Below, in pieces: positions 17,765 through 26,579 of a DNA stretch of 49,094 nt; the first letter of the stretch is position 1, and each line of letters starts with the position of its first letter. The notes under the pieces were generated by a model. That model was not told the DNA's origin. It did not search any database and worked only from the letters and a program-made list of their open reading frames with translations. Origin of the DNA: Thermoplasmata archaeon. GTDB lineage: Archaea > Thermoplasmatota > Thermoplasmata > Lutacidiplasmatales > UBA184. The DNA is taken from contig JBARJD010000139.1 in the NCBI GenBank assembly GCA_049800095.1, forward strand, positions 1 to 49,094, read 5' to 3'. The position numbers and the translations under genes are program-made.

Positions 17765-18630
17765 CCCGATCGGTAGGGTGCCGGCCGGGCGGTCAGGTCG
17801 ACGACGACGTGCACTCGGCCGGGACCGTACGACTTGACCGTCCGGGAAGCGACCGAGAGGATGGAGGCCTCCGCCTCCTCGACCGAGCGCGACACTTCTG
17901 CTTCGGCGGCGGCGAGCCCGTCGTGGCGTCCCGACAGGAGGTGCACGTGCATCGCTCCGCCGGTGGGCTTGAGCAAATGGAGCGCCCGCGGGACCCACGG
18001 CACGGAACTGGGCAGGTAACCCAGGAAGACCCGGTCGAAGACCCCGGCGGGCAGCTCCACCTCGCGGTTGTCCCCCCGAATACATTCCACCCGGTCGGCC
18101 ACTCGATTCAGTGCGACGTTTTCCTTCAGGAACTCGTAGGAGACGGCATTCTTCTCCACTGCCCACACCCGCCCCGCGTGTCCGGAGACCGCCGCTGGGA
18201 GACTGAAGTACCCAATCCCCGCAAAAAGGTCCGCGACGAACTCGCCGGTCCGCGTCTCCAGGCCCGCCCGATGTCGCTCCGTCCGGTTGCCCCGGGCGAA
18301 CAAGATACGCTGCGCATCGAGTCGGTACCGGATCCCGTACTCGACGACCTCCGTGAGGGCATCGTCCCCCGCGATCAGCTCGAAGCGGGGGATCCGGAGC
18401 TCGCCCTCGGTCTCGCCGGCATGACGCAGAACGGCCTCCACGCCGAGTTCGGTGCACCAGGCCGCCCCGATGGCACGGAAGTGTGGACGCAACGCCTCAG
18501 GCAACCGGAGCACCAGGACCCGGCCGATCCGATGGTACCCCGACGGCAGTGTCGCGGCGACCGAGGGTCCCAGGGTAGAGGCAATCCGTCGCCGGACGCG
18601 CCCCGCCGGTGACTCCTCCAAACGCCCCAT
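17761..18630 (-). CDS. tRNA methyltransferase of the Trm5/Taw2 (Met-10+) family
   Basis: It has ...YRLD...ILFARGN..ER and the SAM motif VADLFAGIGYFSLPAA. Trm5 and Taw2 cannot be told apart by eye. Confidence 0.75.
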   Translation of the reverse strand: MGRLEESPAGRVRRRIASTLGPSVAATLPSGYHRIGRVLVLRLPEALRPHFRAIGAAWCTELGVEAVLRHAGETEGELRIPRFELIAGDDALTEVVEYGIRYRLDAQRILFARGNRTERHRAGLETRTGEFVADLFAGIGYFSLPAAVSGHAGRVWAVEKNAVSYEFLKENVALNRVADRVECIRGDNREVELPAGVFDRVFLGYLPSSVPWVPRALHLLKPTGGAMHVHLLSGRHDGLAAAEAEVSRSVEEAEASILSVASRTVKSYGPGRVHVVVDLTARPAPYRSG

Positions 18631-18649
18631 CGCGGACGGCGCCGGTCAC

Positions 18650-19402
18650 CTACGGTTTGGTCTCGGAGCCCCGGTCGAGGATGATCTCCAAGAACTGCTG
18701 CAAGTGGGCGGTCAGGATCGGATTGTCGGTGAACCCCGCCGCGTCGAGGTTCGGTGCCGCCAGGAGCGCGTGTTGGTTGTCCGCGAGCACTTCGGTGGCG
18801 AGGAGATTGTTGCGGGGGATCACCCGGACCCCTTCGGGGATTTTCTGGAGCGGCGCAGTGACGAACGTCACCTCGACGCCGCGCTTGACCGCGTGCGAGA
18901 ATTTTTTCCCGAGCTCGTCCCGCAGGTCGGCGACCTGGGGCGTTGTCAGGATGAACGACTTCGTGGATTGGTCGAGCAACTCCGCGATCTTGCCGATGAC
19001 CTTCTCCCGGCCGTTGAGAAGGTACACCAGCTGCGGCTCCCCGTGCTCGGCGGCGATGTCGTGGAGCGCCTCGAGCTTCTCGAAGACCTCCTGGATCGAC
19101 CCCTTGAGTGATTCCGCCACCTCGACCGGCCGCCGGGGTTTGAAGAGGAGCGGCTTTCCACCCGCCGGCTGAGCGTAATTCTTCTGCGCGAGGGATTCGA
19201 GGACCTTATAGGCCGACGTCCGGGGGATGCCCGCCGCCTGGGCGATGGCGGCCGCGTCTCCGATGCCCCGGGCGACCAGGGCGATGTAGGCGCGAGCTTC
19301 ATAGTCCGTGAGCCCGACCTGGCCCAAGACGGAAACCGCCCGGCGGTATTCCTGGCTGAACTCCGCGCCGAGCGAGACCGCCATCTCCTCGACGGTTGCC
19401 AT
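18650..19402 (-). CDS. TrmB family transcriptional regulator
   Basis: The N-terminal winged helix is LTDYEARAYIALVARGIGDAAAIAQAAGIPRTSAYKVLESL. It is followed by a C-terminal effector-like domain of about 150 aa. Confidence 0.7.
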   Translation of the reverse strand: MATVEEMAVSLGAEFSQEYRRAVSVLGQVGLTDYEARAYIALVARGIGDAAAIAQAAGIPRTSAYKVLESLAQKNYAQPAGGKPLLFKPRRPVEVAESLKGSIQEVFEKLEALHDIAAEHGEPQLVYLLNGREKVIGKIAELLDQSTKSFILTTPQVADLRDELGKKFSHAVKRGVEVTFVTAPLQKIPEGVRVIPRNNLLATEVLADNQHALLAAPNLDAAGFTDNPILTAHLQQFLEIILDRGSETKP

Positions 19403-19451
19403 GAGAGCCTGCCACGCAAACGGGGGCTCTTTAGCCTTCGTGGGTCGACGG

Positions 19452-20873
19452 CTACTCGACCGGCTCGGCGAGCTTCGCCAGCGCCGCGGGACTGAGAAGC
19501 GCGTCGGCCTCCGCAGTCGTGGCCAGTCGATGGGCGACGAGGAGCTCCTTCATCGACTGGCCCGTCCGGGCCGATTCGTGGACCAGTTCGGCCACCTTGA
19601 GGTATCCGAACCGCGGCGTCAGGATCGTCAAGAGCGCCGATGAGGAGCTCAGGTAGCGCCGCAGGTTCTCCGGGTTCGACGTGATCCCGTCAATGCATGT
19701 TCGCGTGAACACCGGGAGATACTGTGCGAGGATGCTCGAGGAGAAGAGCACCTCGTAGGCGGCGAGCGGCATCATCACGTTGATCTCGAGCTGGCCGGCC
19801 TGCACGGCGAGCGAGGTGGCCATCTCTGAGGCGACGACGCGGAACGCCACCTGGTTCAGGCATTCTGCCGCCGACGGGTTCACCTTGCCCGGCATGATCG
19901 AGGATCCCGGTTGGATCTCCGGTACTCGGATCTCGTCGAGGCCGGTGGCCGGACCACTCGACAGCAGACGAATGTCGTTGGCAATCCGGATGAGCTCGAG
20001 CGCCAGGATCTTGAGCCAGCCCGCGGCGGCGGCAAGCGGCCAACGACTCTGCATCGTCTCGAACGGATCCCGTGCTACGCGGAGCGGGAGCGTGCACAGA
20101 GATGCGTACCGTCGGACGACCTCGCCTCGGAAATCTCGCGGCGTGTTCACGCCCGTGCCCACGGCGTTGCCGCCCAGCGGGATCTCCGCCAGAGCTCCCT
20201 CCACCGACGGCAAGGTTTCGAGGATCCGGTCCAGGGCCGTGGCGTACGCGCGGAACTCCGCTCCGAGGGTAACGGGCATCGCGTCCTTGAGGTGGGTACG
20301 GCCCGACTTGGCGCTCGCCCGGAACTCTTCTCCCTTCCGACGGAGGCCGGCGCTCAGGATCTGAACGGCGGCCCGGACCTCCGCCAGGGCAAAGAGGGTC
20401 GCCACCTGCGCGGCCGACGGGAAGGTGTCGTTGGTGGATTGCCCGAAGTTCACCTGATCGTTCGGGCTCAGCGCGGAGTACTCCCCCCGACGCTTCCCCA
20501 GCAACTCGAGGGCCCGGTTCGCGAGCACCTCGTTCACGTTCATGTGGAAGGAGGTTCCGGCGCCGGCCTGGAACACGTCCACGACGAATTGGTCGCGGAA
20601 CTTGCCGTCGGCCACTTCGCGGGCCGCCTGTTCGATAACGCGGCCACGCTCGGCATCGAGCGTCCCCAGACTGACGTTCACCTCCGCGCACGCCAGCTTG
20701 AGGAGCGCATACGCCCGGACCAGGTGGGGAGAGGCACGGAGTCCGCTGACCGGAAAGTTCTCTACGGCGCGGAGCGTTTGGATACCATAGTACGCTTCCG
20801 ACGGGACCTCGCGCCTCCCCAGCGAGTCCTCCTCGGTCCGCACCGAACTCATGCGTGCGGGGACGTAAGGCAC
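19452..20873 (-). CDS. aspA: Aspartate ammonia-lyase (fumarase/aspartase superfamily)
   Basis: The N-terminus EEDSLGRREVPSEAYYGIQTLRAVENF is aspartase-like; fumarase has WGAQTQRS here. The signature GSSIMPGKVNP is present. Confidence 0.8.
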   Translation of the reverse strand: MPYVPARMSSVRTEEDSLGRREVPSEAYYGIQTLRAVENFPVSGLRASPHLVRAYALLKLACAEVNVSLGTLDAERGRVIEQAAREVADGKFRDQFVVDVFQAGAGTSFHMNVNEVLANRALELLGKRRGEYSALSPNDQVNFGQSTNDTFPSAAQVATLFALAEVRAAVQILSAGLRRKGEEFRASAKSGRTHLKDAMPVTLGAEFRAYATALDRILETLPSVEGALAEIPLGGNAVGTGVNTPRDFRGEVVRRYASLCTLPLRVARDPFETMQSRWPLAAAAGWLKILALELIRIANDIRLLSSGPATGLDEIRVPEIQPGSSIMPGKVNPSAAECLNQVAFRVVASEMATSLAVQAGQLEINVMMPLAAYEVLFSSSILAQYLPVFTRTCIDGITSNPENLRRYLSSSSALLTILTPRFGYLKVAELVHESARTGQSMKELLVAHRLATTAEADALLSPAALAKLAEPVE

Positions 20874-20955
20874 GCAAAAAACCTTTAGCCCGGTCCCCGC
20901 CTAGTCCGGACTAACCGGTGGGCCTGCCCCGTCGGCTCTCGAAGGACGCTGGGTA

Positions 20956-22773
20956 ATGGTAGACCCCTGGGTCCTGACCAACGATGTCATCGGCAACGTT
21001 GGGGGGTTGGTCCTTACCCCTCTGCTCTGGATTGGACTCTTTGCGTGGGCCTGGAGCCGGCCGGCCGATGCGCGGGCGAGCGGCTTCGGCCGAATGGCCT
21101 TCTGGTTGCTGCTCCCGGGCGCCCTCCTGAGTTCGTTGGCCGATGTCCCCTTCCTCCCGTGGGCCGGGGACGTGCTGGCCATCAACCTCGGCGGGGCGCT
21201 CATTCCGATTGCCCTGACCCTCGTACTCCTCCGCCGCGAACTGGGGACCCCCGGTTGGAGACTCGCCGGCATCGTCCTGCTGATCGTCGCGGCGGAGACC
21301 GCGACTCAATTCGCGATCGTGCTCGTTTCGACTTCGTTCCTTTCGGGACTCCTCGTGCTGGCCGCCGCCGGTGGTACGGTGGCGAGTGCCGCCGTGGCCC
21401 TGCCCCTTTGGACGACACGCCCTGCGGCCATGCGAGCGGTGACGTTCGTCGCGCTCGTTTCGGTTGCGATTTCGTTCACCTTCTTCAGTTCGCAAGCGAT
21501 CCCCGGCGTGGGGATCGTGTCGACGTTTCCGTTCTACCTGGTGGGTCCCATCGTGGTGGGCCTCGCCGCCGCGTGGGTAGCTACGGCGGTATGGGGCGTC
21601 GCGGCCTACCGTGGCCTCGGGATTGGATACGGCACCGGTACGCTGGGCACACTGATCGGGGCGGATGTCCTTCGCCAGCCACCGCTCTACACCGGGGCCG
21701 GCGGCGAGTTACTTGCCATCGGGGGAGCCGGCGTCCAGGACCTGGTCTACTTCTCGGGGCTGCTGGCCCTCGGAACGGGTCTACTGTTCGTCTTGATCCG
21801 CTCCCGCGGAGCTCCCTCGGACTCTTCCGCCTCCGCGCCGCTCTCGCCGGAGCTCTCGCTGCGGGCGGCCGCAGAACGTTTGGCGAAGGGCGATCCCGCG
21901 GGAGCCATCCGAGATTCGGTCATCGCCAGCCAAGGCGCCACCGATCGAGTGCGGTCGATCTTCCAGTTGCCCTCGCCGGTGCAACCGGCCGCCGCTTGGG
22001 AGGGTCTCCCGGTCGCGCCCTATGTGGCGAACGACTACCGAAATTTCATCGCGTGCAAAGACGAGCCGGCCCCTACTCCACGGGAAGCAATCCGGAACCT
22101 CGCGATGGCGACCCAGTTCGTCCGTCTCGGACGAGATTTGACCCGTATTCGCTTCGCCGCCCCCGGCCGCAGGGGTTGGGCCGCCGTAGTGGACCTGGCC
22201 GTCGTGACCGCTCCCGCGCTGGTCCTGTGGAGCGTCCTCGCGTGGACGCAGCCCGGCGGACTCTACGGGATCCTCGACGGGCTCCCGTTCAATCTCGCGG
22301 TCTTCGGCTACGTCGGATACGCGGTCCTCTACTACGTCGTCTGCGACGCGCTGTTCGGCGTCACCATCGGAAAGTCCCTCTTCCATCTGACCGTGACCGA
22401 CCGAACGTATGCCCGGCCCACGCTGCTGCAATCCTTCGTCCGGGAAGCCCCCAAGGCGGTCCCCATTTTCGTGATCGGGGAATTCGGAGCGCCGGCGCTG
22501 TTGTTCCTCCTCCTGGCCAGCAGCTCGTCCCTGAGTGCGTTCGGAACCAATCTCACCTTTCTTACTGGGGCCGTGCTGGTCGGAATCGTGCTCGTGACCG
22601 TCATCGCGTCGCTCGCTATCGGGGGCGTGCAGGTGTCCCGCGATTCCGAACGACAGCGCCTGGGAGACCGATGGGCCTCTACGTGGGTCGTGGACCGACG
22701 GGCGGTCACTCCGGCATGGGGAGCGACACGGACGACGTCGGCCGTTCCGCCGGGACCGGCCCCACCAGGCTGA
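20956..22773 (+). CDS. Polytopic membrane protein: DUF1614-like N-terminal half fused to an RDD-like C-terminal domain
   Basis: The N-terminal multi-TM region contains INLGGALIP, a DUF1614-like motif from memory. The C-terminal region RRGWAAVVDLAVV...YYVVCDALFGVTIGKSLFHL resembles RDD-family domains. The 3' end overlaps albA by 68 nt in convergent orientation. Confidence 0.5.
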   Translation: MVDPWVLTNDVIGNVGGLVLTPLLWIGLFAWAWSRPADARASGFGRMAFWLLLPGALLSSLADVPFLPWAGDVLAINLGGALIPIALTLVLLRRELGTPGWRLAGIVLLIVAAETATQFAIVLVSTSFLSGLLVLAAAGGTVASAAVALPLWTTRPAAMRAVTFVALVSVAISFTFFSSQAIPGVGIVSTFPFYLVGPIVVGLAAAWVATAVWGVAAYRGLGIGYGTGTLGTLIGADVLRQPPLYTGAGGELLAIGGAGVQDLVYFSGLLALGTGLLFVLIRSRGAPSDSSASAPLSPELSLRAAAERLAKGDPAGAIRDSVIASQGATDRVRSIFQLPSPVQPAAAWEGLPVAPYVANDYRNFIACKDEPAPTPREAIRNLAMATQFVRLGRDLTRIRFAAPGRRGWAAVVDLAVVTAPALVLWSVLAWTQPGGLYGILDGLPFNLAVFGYVGYAVLYYVVCDALFGVTIGKSLFHLTVTDRTYARPTLLQSFVREAPKAVPIFVIGEFGAPALLFLLLASSSSLSAFGTNLTFLTGAVLVGIVLVTVIASLAIGGVQVSRDSERQRLGDRWASTWVVDRRAVTPAWGATRTTSAVPPGPAPPG

Positions 22774-23074
22774 GGGGGATCGAGATCGCCGAGACGTTGG
22801 CGTCTCGGCCCTCCCGGTTCGTGAGCCGTTCGGTACCCGTCTCGATCCGTCCGACCTCGACCTGTCCCTCCAGGAATCGATGGCGTACCACTTCGACCAC
22901 ATCGACCGCCTTGGCGATCGCGTTCCCCCGGGCCCGGACGACGACGGGCTCGGCGCCCGAGTTGAGCTGCGCCACGACCTGGAAAACGTAGGTCATCGTC
23001 GGCTTGAGCCCGATGTAAACGGTGGCCGGCCCAGGGACCCCGGATGCCGCCGCCGGCCGCCTGGTGGACATCAC
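22706..23074 (-). CDS. albA: Alba DNA/RNA-binding chromatin protein
   Basis: VYIGLKPTMTYVFQVVAQLNSG...VVVRARGNAIAKAVDVVEVVRHRF...VSAISIPL aligns with Sso10b-type Alba. About 15 N-terminal and 20 C-terminal residues are extra. Confidence 0.85.
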   Translation of the reverse strand: MMSTRRPAAASGVPGPATVYIGLKPTMTYVFQVVAQLNSGAEPVVVRARGNAIAKAVDVVEVVRHRFLEGQVEVGRIETGTERLTNREGRDANVSAISIPLSLVGPVPAERPTSSVSLPMPE

Positions 23075-23203
23075 TGGCGCGGAGAAGGCATCAGTAAAAG
23101 GGGTTTGCCGTTGAAGAATCTCTCTCTATGGAGGGGGGACGAGGCCCACCCTGTTTCCGGGCACAAAGGCTATGGCAGGAGAGCCGTACGCGCCGCGGAG
23201 CCC

Positions 23204-23288
23204 GCAGGGGTGGCCCAGCTTGGTCAAAGGCGCCAGGTTGAGGTCCTGGTCTCGTAGGAGTTCGTGAGTTCAAATCTCACCCCCTGCA
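23204..23288 (+). tRNA. tRNA-Leu(GAG), class II with long variable arm, no encoded CCA
   Basis: Acceptor GCAGGGG/CCCCTGC. D-arm GCCC-AGCTTGGTCAA-AGGC. Anticodon stem CCAGG/CCTGG with loop TT-GAG-GT. 14-nt variable arm. T-arm GTGAG-TTCAAAT-CTCAC. Discriminator A. Confidence 0.9.
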
Positions 23289-23309
23289 TTCCCTTCCCGA
23301 GGTGCGCCT

Positions 23310-24278
23310 GTGGTTGACGAAGAGCTCCGATGCCCCTCCTGCCACGAGGGGGTCTCGGCGGCCGACACGCGCTGTCCCTACTGCGGGGCCGCACTCGATG
23401 CGCTGCCCGAGCGTCCTCCACCCTCCGCGGTCCGCGTGGACCCCCCGGCTGGAGCTCGGACCGCCCTGACGGCGAGAGAGCCCGCCGTCGCGCCGGACCT
23501 GGCCCGACGGTTCTCGAAGCTCCAGCAGTGGGCGGAGATGGTCGATCCGTTGGGACTCACGCTCCCCGTGCTCCCCCGCTGGGCGGAGGAGGCCGCGCGT
23601 CGTACGTCCGACCACGACCGGTGGGCCGACGTGCTGACCGGCGTCGAGCGGCTCGCCCAGAACCAGATCCTGGCGGCCCTCGAGGAGTGGCAGCGGGACG
23701 TCAAGACCCGGCTGACCCGCCTCGAGGCCTACGCGGTGGACAGCCGGCTCGAGCGAGACCAGATGGACGACGCGCTCCACTTCGCCAAGACGGGAGACAT
23801 CAGCAGGGCGTTGACCGCGTACCAGCAGGTCGACCGGGTGATCACGCTCAAGGAACGCCACCTCGACACGGCGCGCGAGGATCTCGAATCGGTGGTCTCC
23901 CTCCTCCGCGACATGGCGGGCGTCGGGTTAGCGGTGCCCAGCGATCCCAACGAACTGGGCCAGGAGCTGGAACGGGAGCTGCGGAGTGGTCGGCTCGCCT
24001 CGTTAAAGCAGCAGCTCCGCGTCCTCCGCACGCAGGCCATGGAAGCGGTCCAGCGGGAGCTGCCCGGATTCGTCTCCCGGTATGGGGACTTCCTGCAGGA
24101 GCAGCGGATGCAAGGAACTCCGGTCGAGACCGAGATCGCCGAGCTCGGTCGGGGCGCTCGGCTCTTGGCACAAGGGCGCAGCGAGGAGGCGCTCCATCGA
24201 ATGCGCCGACTGCTCCAGATGCACGGCTCTTCGACGTTCCGGCCCTCGCGCACCGCCGCGGTCCGCGGAGCGCCGTAA
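23310..24278 (+). CDS. Hypothetical protein: N-terminal zinc ribbon plus long coiled-coil/helical region
   Basis: CPSC-x12-CPYCG lies at the N-terminus. The remaining 280 aa or so are heptad-like and R/E/L/Q-rich. It has a GTG start 22 nt after tRNA-Leu. No family was recognised. Confidence 0.5.
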   Translation: MVDEELRCPSCHEGVSAADTRCPYCGAALDALPERPPPSAVRVDPPAGARTALTAREPAVAPDLARRFSKLQQWAEMVDPLGLTLPVLPRWAEEAARRTSDHDRWADVLTGVERLAQNQILAALEEWQRDVKTRLTRLEAYAVDSRLERDQMDDALHFAKTGDISRALTAYQQVDRVITLKERHLDTAREDLESVVSLLRDMAGVGLAVPSDPNELGQELERELRSGRLASLKQQLRVLRTQAMEAVQRELPGFVSRYGDFLQEQRMQGTPVETEIAELGRGARLLAQGRSEEALHRMRRLLQMHGSSTFRPSRTAAVRGAP

Positions 24279-24283
24279 GCGGC

Positions 24284-24844
24284 TCAGGGCAACGTCTCGA
24301 AGAACCGGACGTCCTCGTTCCACCGGTGCCGGTGGAGCACGCCGGCCGGCGCAAAGCCGAGATGGTGAAAGAGCCCCTTCGCTTCGGTGAACCGGTCGAG
24401 GGCGTCCACCCAGACCGCGTTGGCCCGGTTCTTCCGGGCCCAGTCCACGGCCGTCAGCACCAGAGCGGTCGCGATGCCCTTCCGCCGAGCATCCACGTCG
24501 ATCGCCAGGTCCACGAGCCGACAGTTTCCTTCGGCGAAGGCGGTACCGACGATCCCCAGCAGCCGCTTCCCCTCCCGCGCCACGAAGTAGGTCACGCCCT
24601 CCATCCGGCTGGTGAACTCGAGGGGCGTGGGGACGGCCGACTTCAGAAACTCGGCCGGAACGCCTTCGTGCGGGGAGTCCCAGACCCGCTTGTAGAGCGC
24701 GCAGATCTCGGGAATGTCCTCGTGGGAGACTCGGTCGATCACCACGCCCGCGGGTGTCGGGATGGCGTGGACCTCCGCCGGCGTTTCGCCAGTACTAGGG
24801 GGTGTCACGAGCGGTGCCTCAGAACCTCCACGACGACCGGACAA
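24284..24844 (-). CDS. GNAT family N-acetyltransferase
   Basis: The acetyl-CoA-binding pattern is LAIDVDARRKGIATALV...A.....LGF. The true start may lie downstream of the ORF-track ATG. Confidence 0.7.
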   Translation of the reverse strand: MSGRRGGSEAPLVTPPSTGETPAEVHAIPTPAGVVIDRVSHEDIPEICALYKRVWDSPHEGVPAEFLKSAVPTPLEFTSRMEGVTYFVAREGKRLLGIVGTAFAEGNCRLVDLAIDVDARRKGIATALVLTAVDWARKNRANAVWVDALDRFTEAKGLFHHLGFAPAGVLHRHRWNEDVRFFETLP

Positions 24845-24886
24845 TGGGTCCCCATCTCATAGGATTAACGCCGGCGCGGGCGTTCG

Positions 24887-26218
24887 TCACGGAGTGTGGC
24901 GTGCCGGCGTCCGGGGAAATGGCGTCGTGTCGCGGATGTGTTCGCGCCGGGTGATCCATCGTAGGACGCGCTCGATACCCGTTCCGAAGCCGGCGTGCGG
25001 GATGCTCCCGTGGCGGCGGAGGTCGAGGTACCACTCGTAGTCCGACGGCTGCGCGCCCACGGCCTTGATCCGCTCGGTCAGGCGGTCGATGTCCACCTCC
25101 CGACAGCTCGCCCCGAGGATCTCGCCGTACCCTTCCGGGCCGAGCAGGTCCGCGGCTTCCACGGTCGCCGGGTCGGTCGGCGTCCGAAGCATGTAGAACG
25201 CCTTGAGCTCCACGGGAAAATGCGTTAGCCAGAGCGGCGCGCTTCGCTCGAGGGTGAGCGCCCGTTCCTCGGCAGTGCCCAAATCGCTCCCCCACTTCAC
25301 GGGGAACCCCTGAGCCTGGAGTCGCTCGATTGCGGCCTTGTAGGAAATTCGGTCGAACGGAGCGCTCAACCTCGCTAACTCCTCGGGCGCTCGGCCCAGG
25401 GCCCTCAGCTCGTTGGGGCACCGCTCGGCGAGGCGATGCAACACGGCAACGAACATTCGTTGCGTGAAATCGATCAGGCCTTCCAGGTCGCACCACGCGA
25501 GCTCCACTTCGAGGTGGGTGTACTCGGTGAGATGGCGGGGCGTCCGGGATTTCTCGGCGCGGAACGAGGGCGTGATCGCGTAGACCCGCTCGTGCGGGAA
25601 CAGCAGCGCCTCGAGGTAGAGTTGGGCAGTCTGCCCGAGGTATCCGGGCCGGCCAAAATACTCAAATTCGAAGGCCTCCGAGCCACCCTCGGCCGCATTG
25701 CCGGTGATGATCGGGGGCGTGACCTCGAGCACCTCCTCCTCGGTGAGGAACTCCCGGAAAGCGCCCAGGAGGGCGGCCTTGAGCCGGAACATTTGGACGA
25801 ACTCCTGGCTTCGGATCGCGAGATGGCGCTTGTCCAGGAGGAACTCCTCGGTCTGGTCCTTGAAGATCGGGAACGGCTCGCCGGCGTGAATGACCTCGAC
25901 CTGGTCCGCCCGAACCTCCCGGCCTCCGGGCGCCCGGGGGTCCTCGGCGACCACGCCGCTGAGAGTGATCGCGCCTTCGAGTTGGACGTGCTCGGCGGCT
26001 TGGAAGCGCTCCGGGCCCACGGCGTCCTTCCGGATCGTGACCGGCACCGTACCGGTACGGTCTCTCAGCGTGAGGAACAAGAGCCCGCCGGACGAACGCG
26101 ATCGGTGGACCCAGCCGCGCAGCCGGACCCGCTGGCCCACGGCGTCCTTCGCTCGTACCCGCTCGACCGGGTCGAACGCTACTGGTACTCCCGCCACTTG
26201 TACCCGCACTTCGTGCAT
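24887..26218 (-). CDS. asnS: Asparaginyl-tRNA synthetase
   Basis: FRAEKSRTPRHLTEYTHLEVE, ELKAFYM, DLLGPEGYGEILGASCRE and YEWYLDLRRHGSIPHAGFGTGIER are AsnRS rather than AspRS patterns. The start is ATG 26218, or GTG 26209/26197. All three overlap the tfs 3' end. Confidence 0.85.
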   Translation of the reverse strand: MHEVRVQVAGVPVAFDPVERVRAKDAVGQRVRLRGWVHRSRSSGGLLFLTLRDRTGTVPVTIRKDAVGPERFQAAEHVQLEGAITLSGVVAEDPRAPGGREVRADQVEVIHAGEPFPIFKDQTEEFLLDKRHLAIRSQEFVQMFRLKAALLGAFREFLTEEEVLEVTPPIITGNAAEGGSEAFEFEYFGRPGYLGQTAQLYLEALLFPHERVYAITPSFRAEKSRTPRHLTEYTHLEVELAWCDLEGLIDFTQRMFVAVLHRLAERCPNELRALGRAPEELARLSAPFDRISYKAAIERLQAQGFPVKWGSDLGTAEERALTLERSAPLWLTHFPVELKAFYMLRTPTDPATVEAADLLGPEGYGEILGASCREVDIDRLTERIKAVGAQPSDYEWYLDLRRHGSIPHAGFGTGIERVLRWITRREHIRDTTPFPRTPARHTP

Positions 26219-26490
26219 TCGAAGATTCGCGTCTCGGGTTCGTCGGCGCCCCGGGTCTGCCGGAGGACATAGTAGGCCTTCATGTTCCCACACTTCGGGC
26301 ACAGCTCGTCGGCCGAGGGGAGAGTCCCCGAGGTTTTTTCCTCCACAACGGCCACCGTCCGGGCCTGCGGGGCCGAGCGACCCACCTCGGCCCCCTTGCC
26401 GAGCGGGACCTTCGTCCCACAGGCGGCGCAGACCCAGAACCCCGCGGCCTTATCGGGCCGCATCAGGCGCTTACAGTTCGGGCAGAACAC
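26179..26490 (-). CDS. tfs: Transcription factor S (TFS, RpoM-like)
   Basis: N-terminal Zn ribbon CPNC...CAACG. The C-terminal TFIIS-type ribbon CPKCG...QTRGADEPET..F.C..CG has an intact acidic DE loop. Confidence 0.9.
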   Translation of the reverse strand: MFCPNCKRLMRPDKAAGFWVCAACGTKVPLGKGAEVGRSAPQARTVAVVEEKTSGTLPSADELCPKCGNMKAYYVLRQTRGADEPETRIFECTKCGYKWREYQ

Positions 26491-26579
26491 GGAAGTCGGT
26501 CGAGGCCCTCACGCTATTAGAGGGTTTACGAACCCCCGAGCGACCGATTCCTCGCCGAGCGCTCGCTCGGGGCCGGACG

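Noticed and set aside
16571-18457. Very long ORFs on the strand opposite to, or out of frame with, confident genes. Examples are 16571-18457(-) 628 aa, 8171-9469(-) 432 aa, 4566-6020(-) 484 aa, 21045-22991(+) 648 aa, 35233-36756(+) 507 aa and 19690-20877(-) 395 aa.
   Set aside because: Their products are R/P/G/A-rich low-complexity strings with no recognisable motifs. Each is fully shadowed by a gene with clear family signatures. Stop-free antisense and off-frame ORFs are expected in DNA this GC-rich.
23289-24886. An integrated element or provirus remnant at tRNA-Leu.
   Set aside because: There is no integrase. No direct repeat of the tRNA 3' end is visible downstream. The following genes (zinc-ribbon ORF, GNAT, asnS) have host-like composition.
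26179-26218. The tfs/asnS 40-nt same-strand overlap as a sign of frameshift or mis-assembly.
   Set aside because: Both proteins are complete with intact terminal motifs. In-frame GTG codons at 26209 and 26197 offer shorter overlaps. Small overlaps are common throughout this window.
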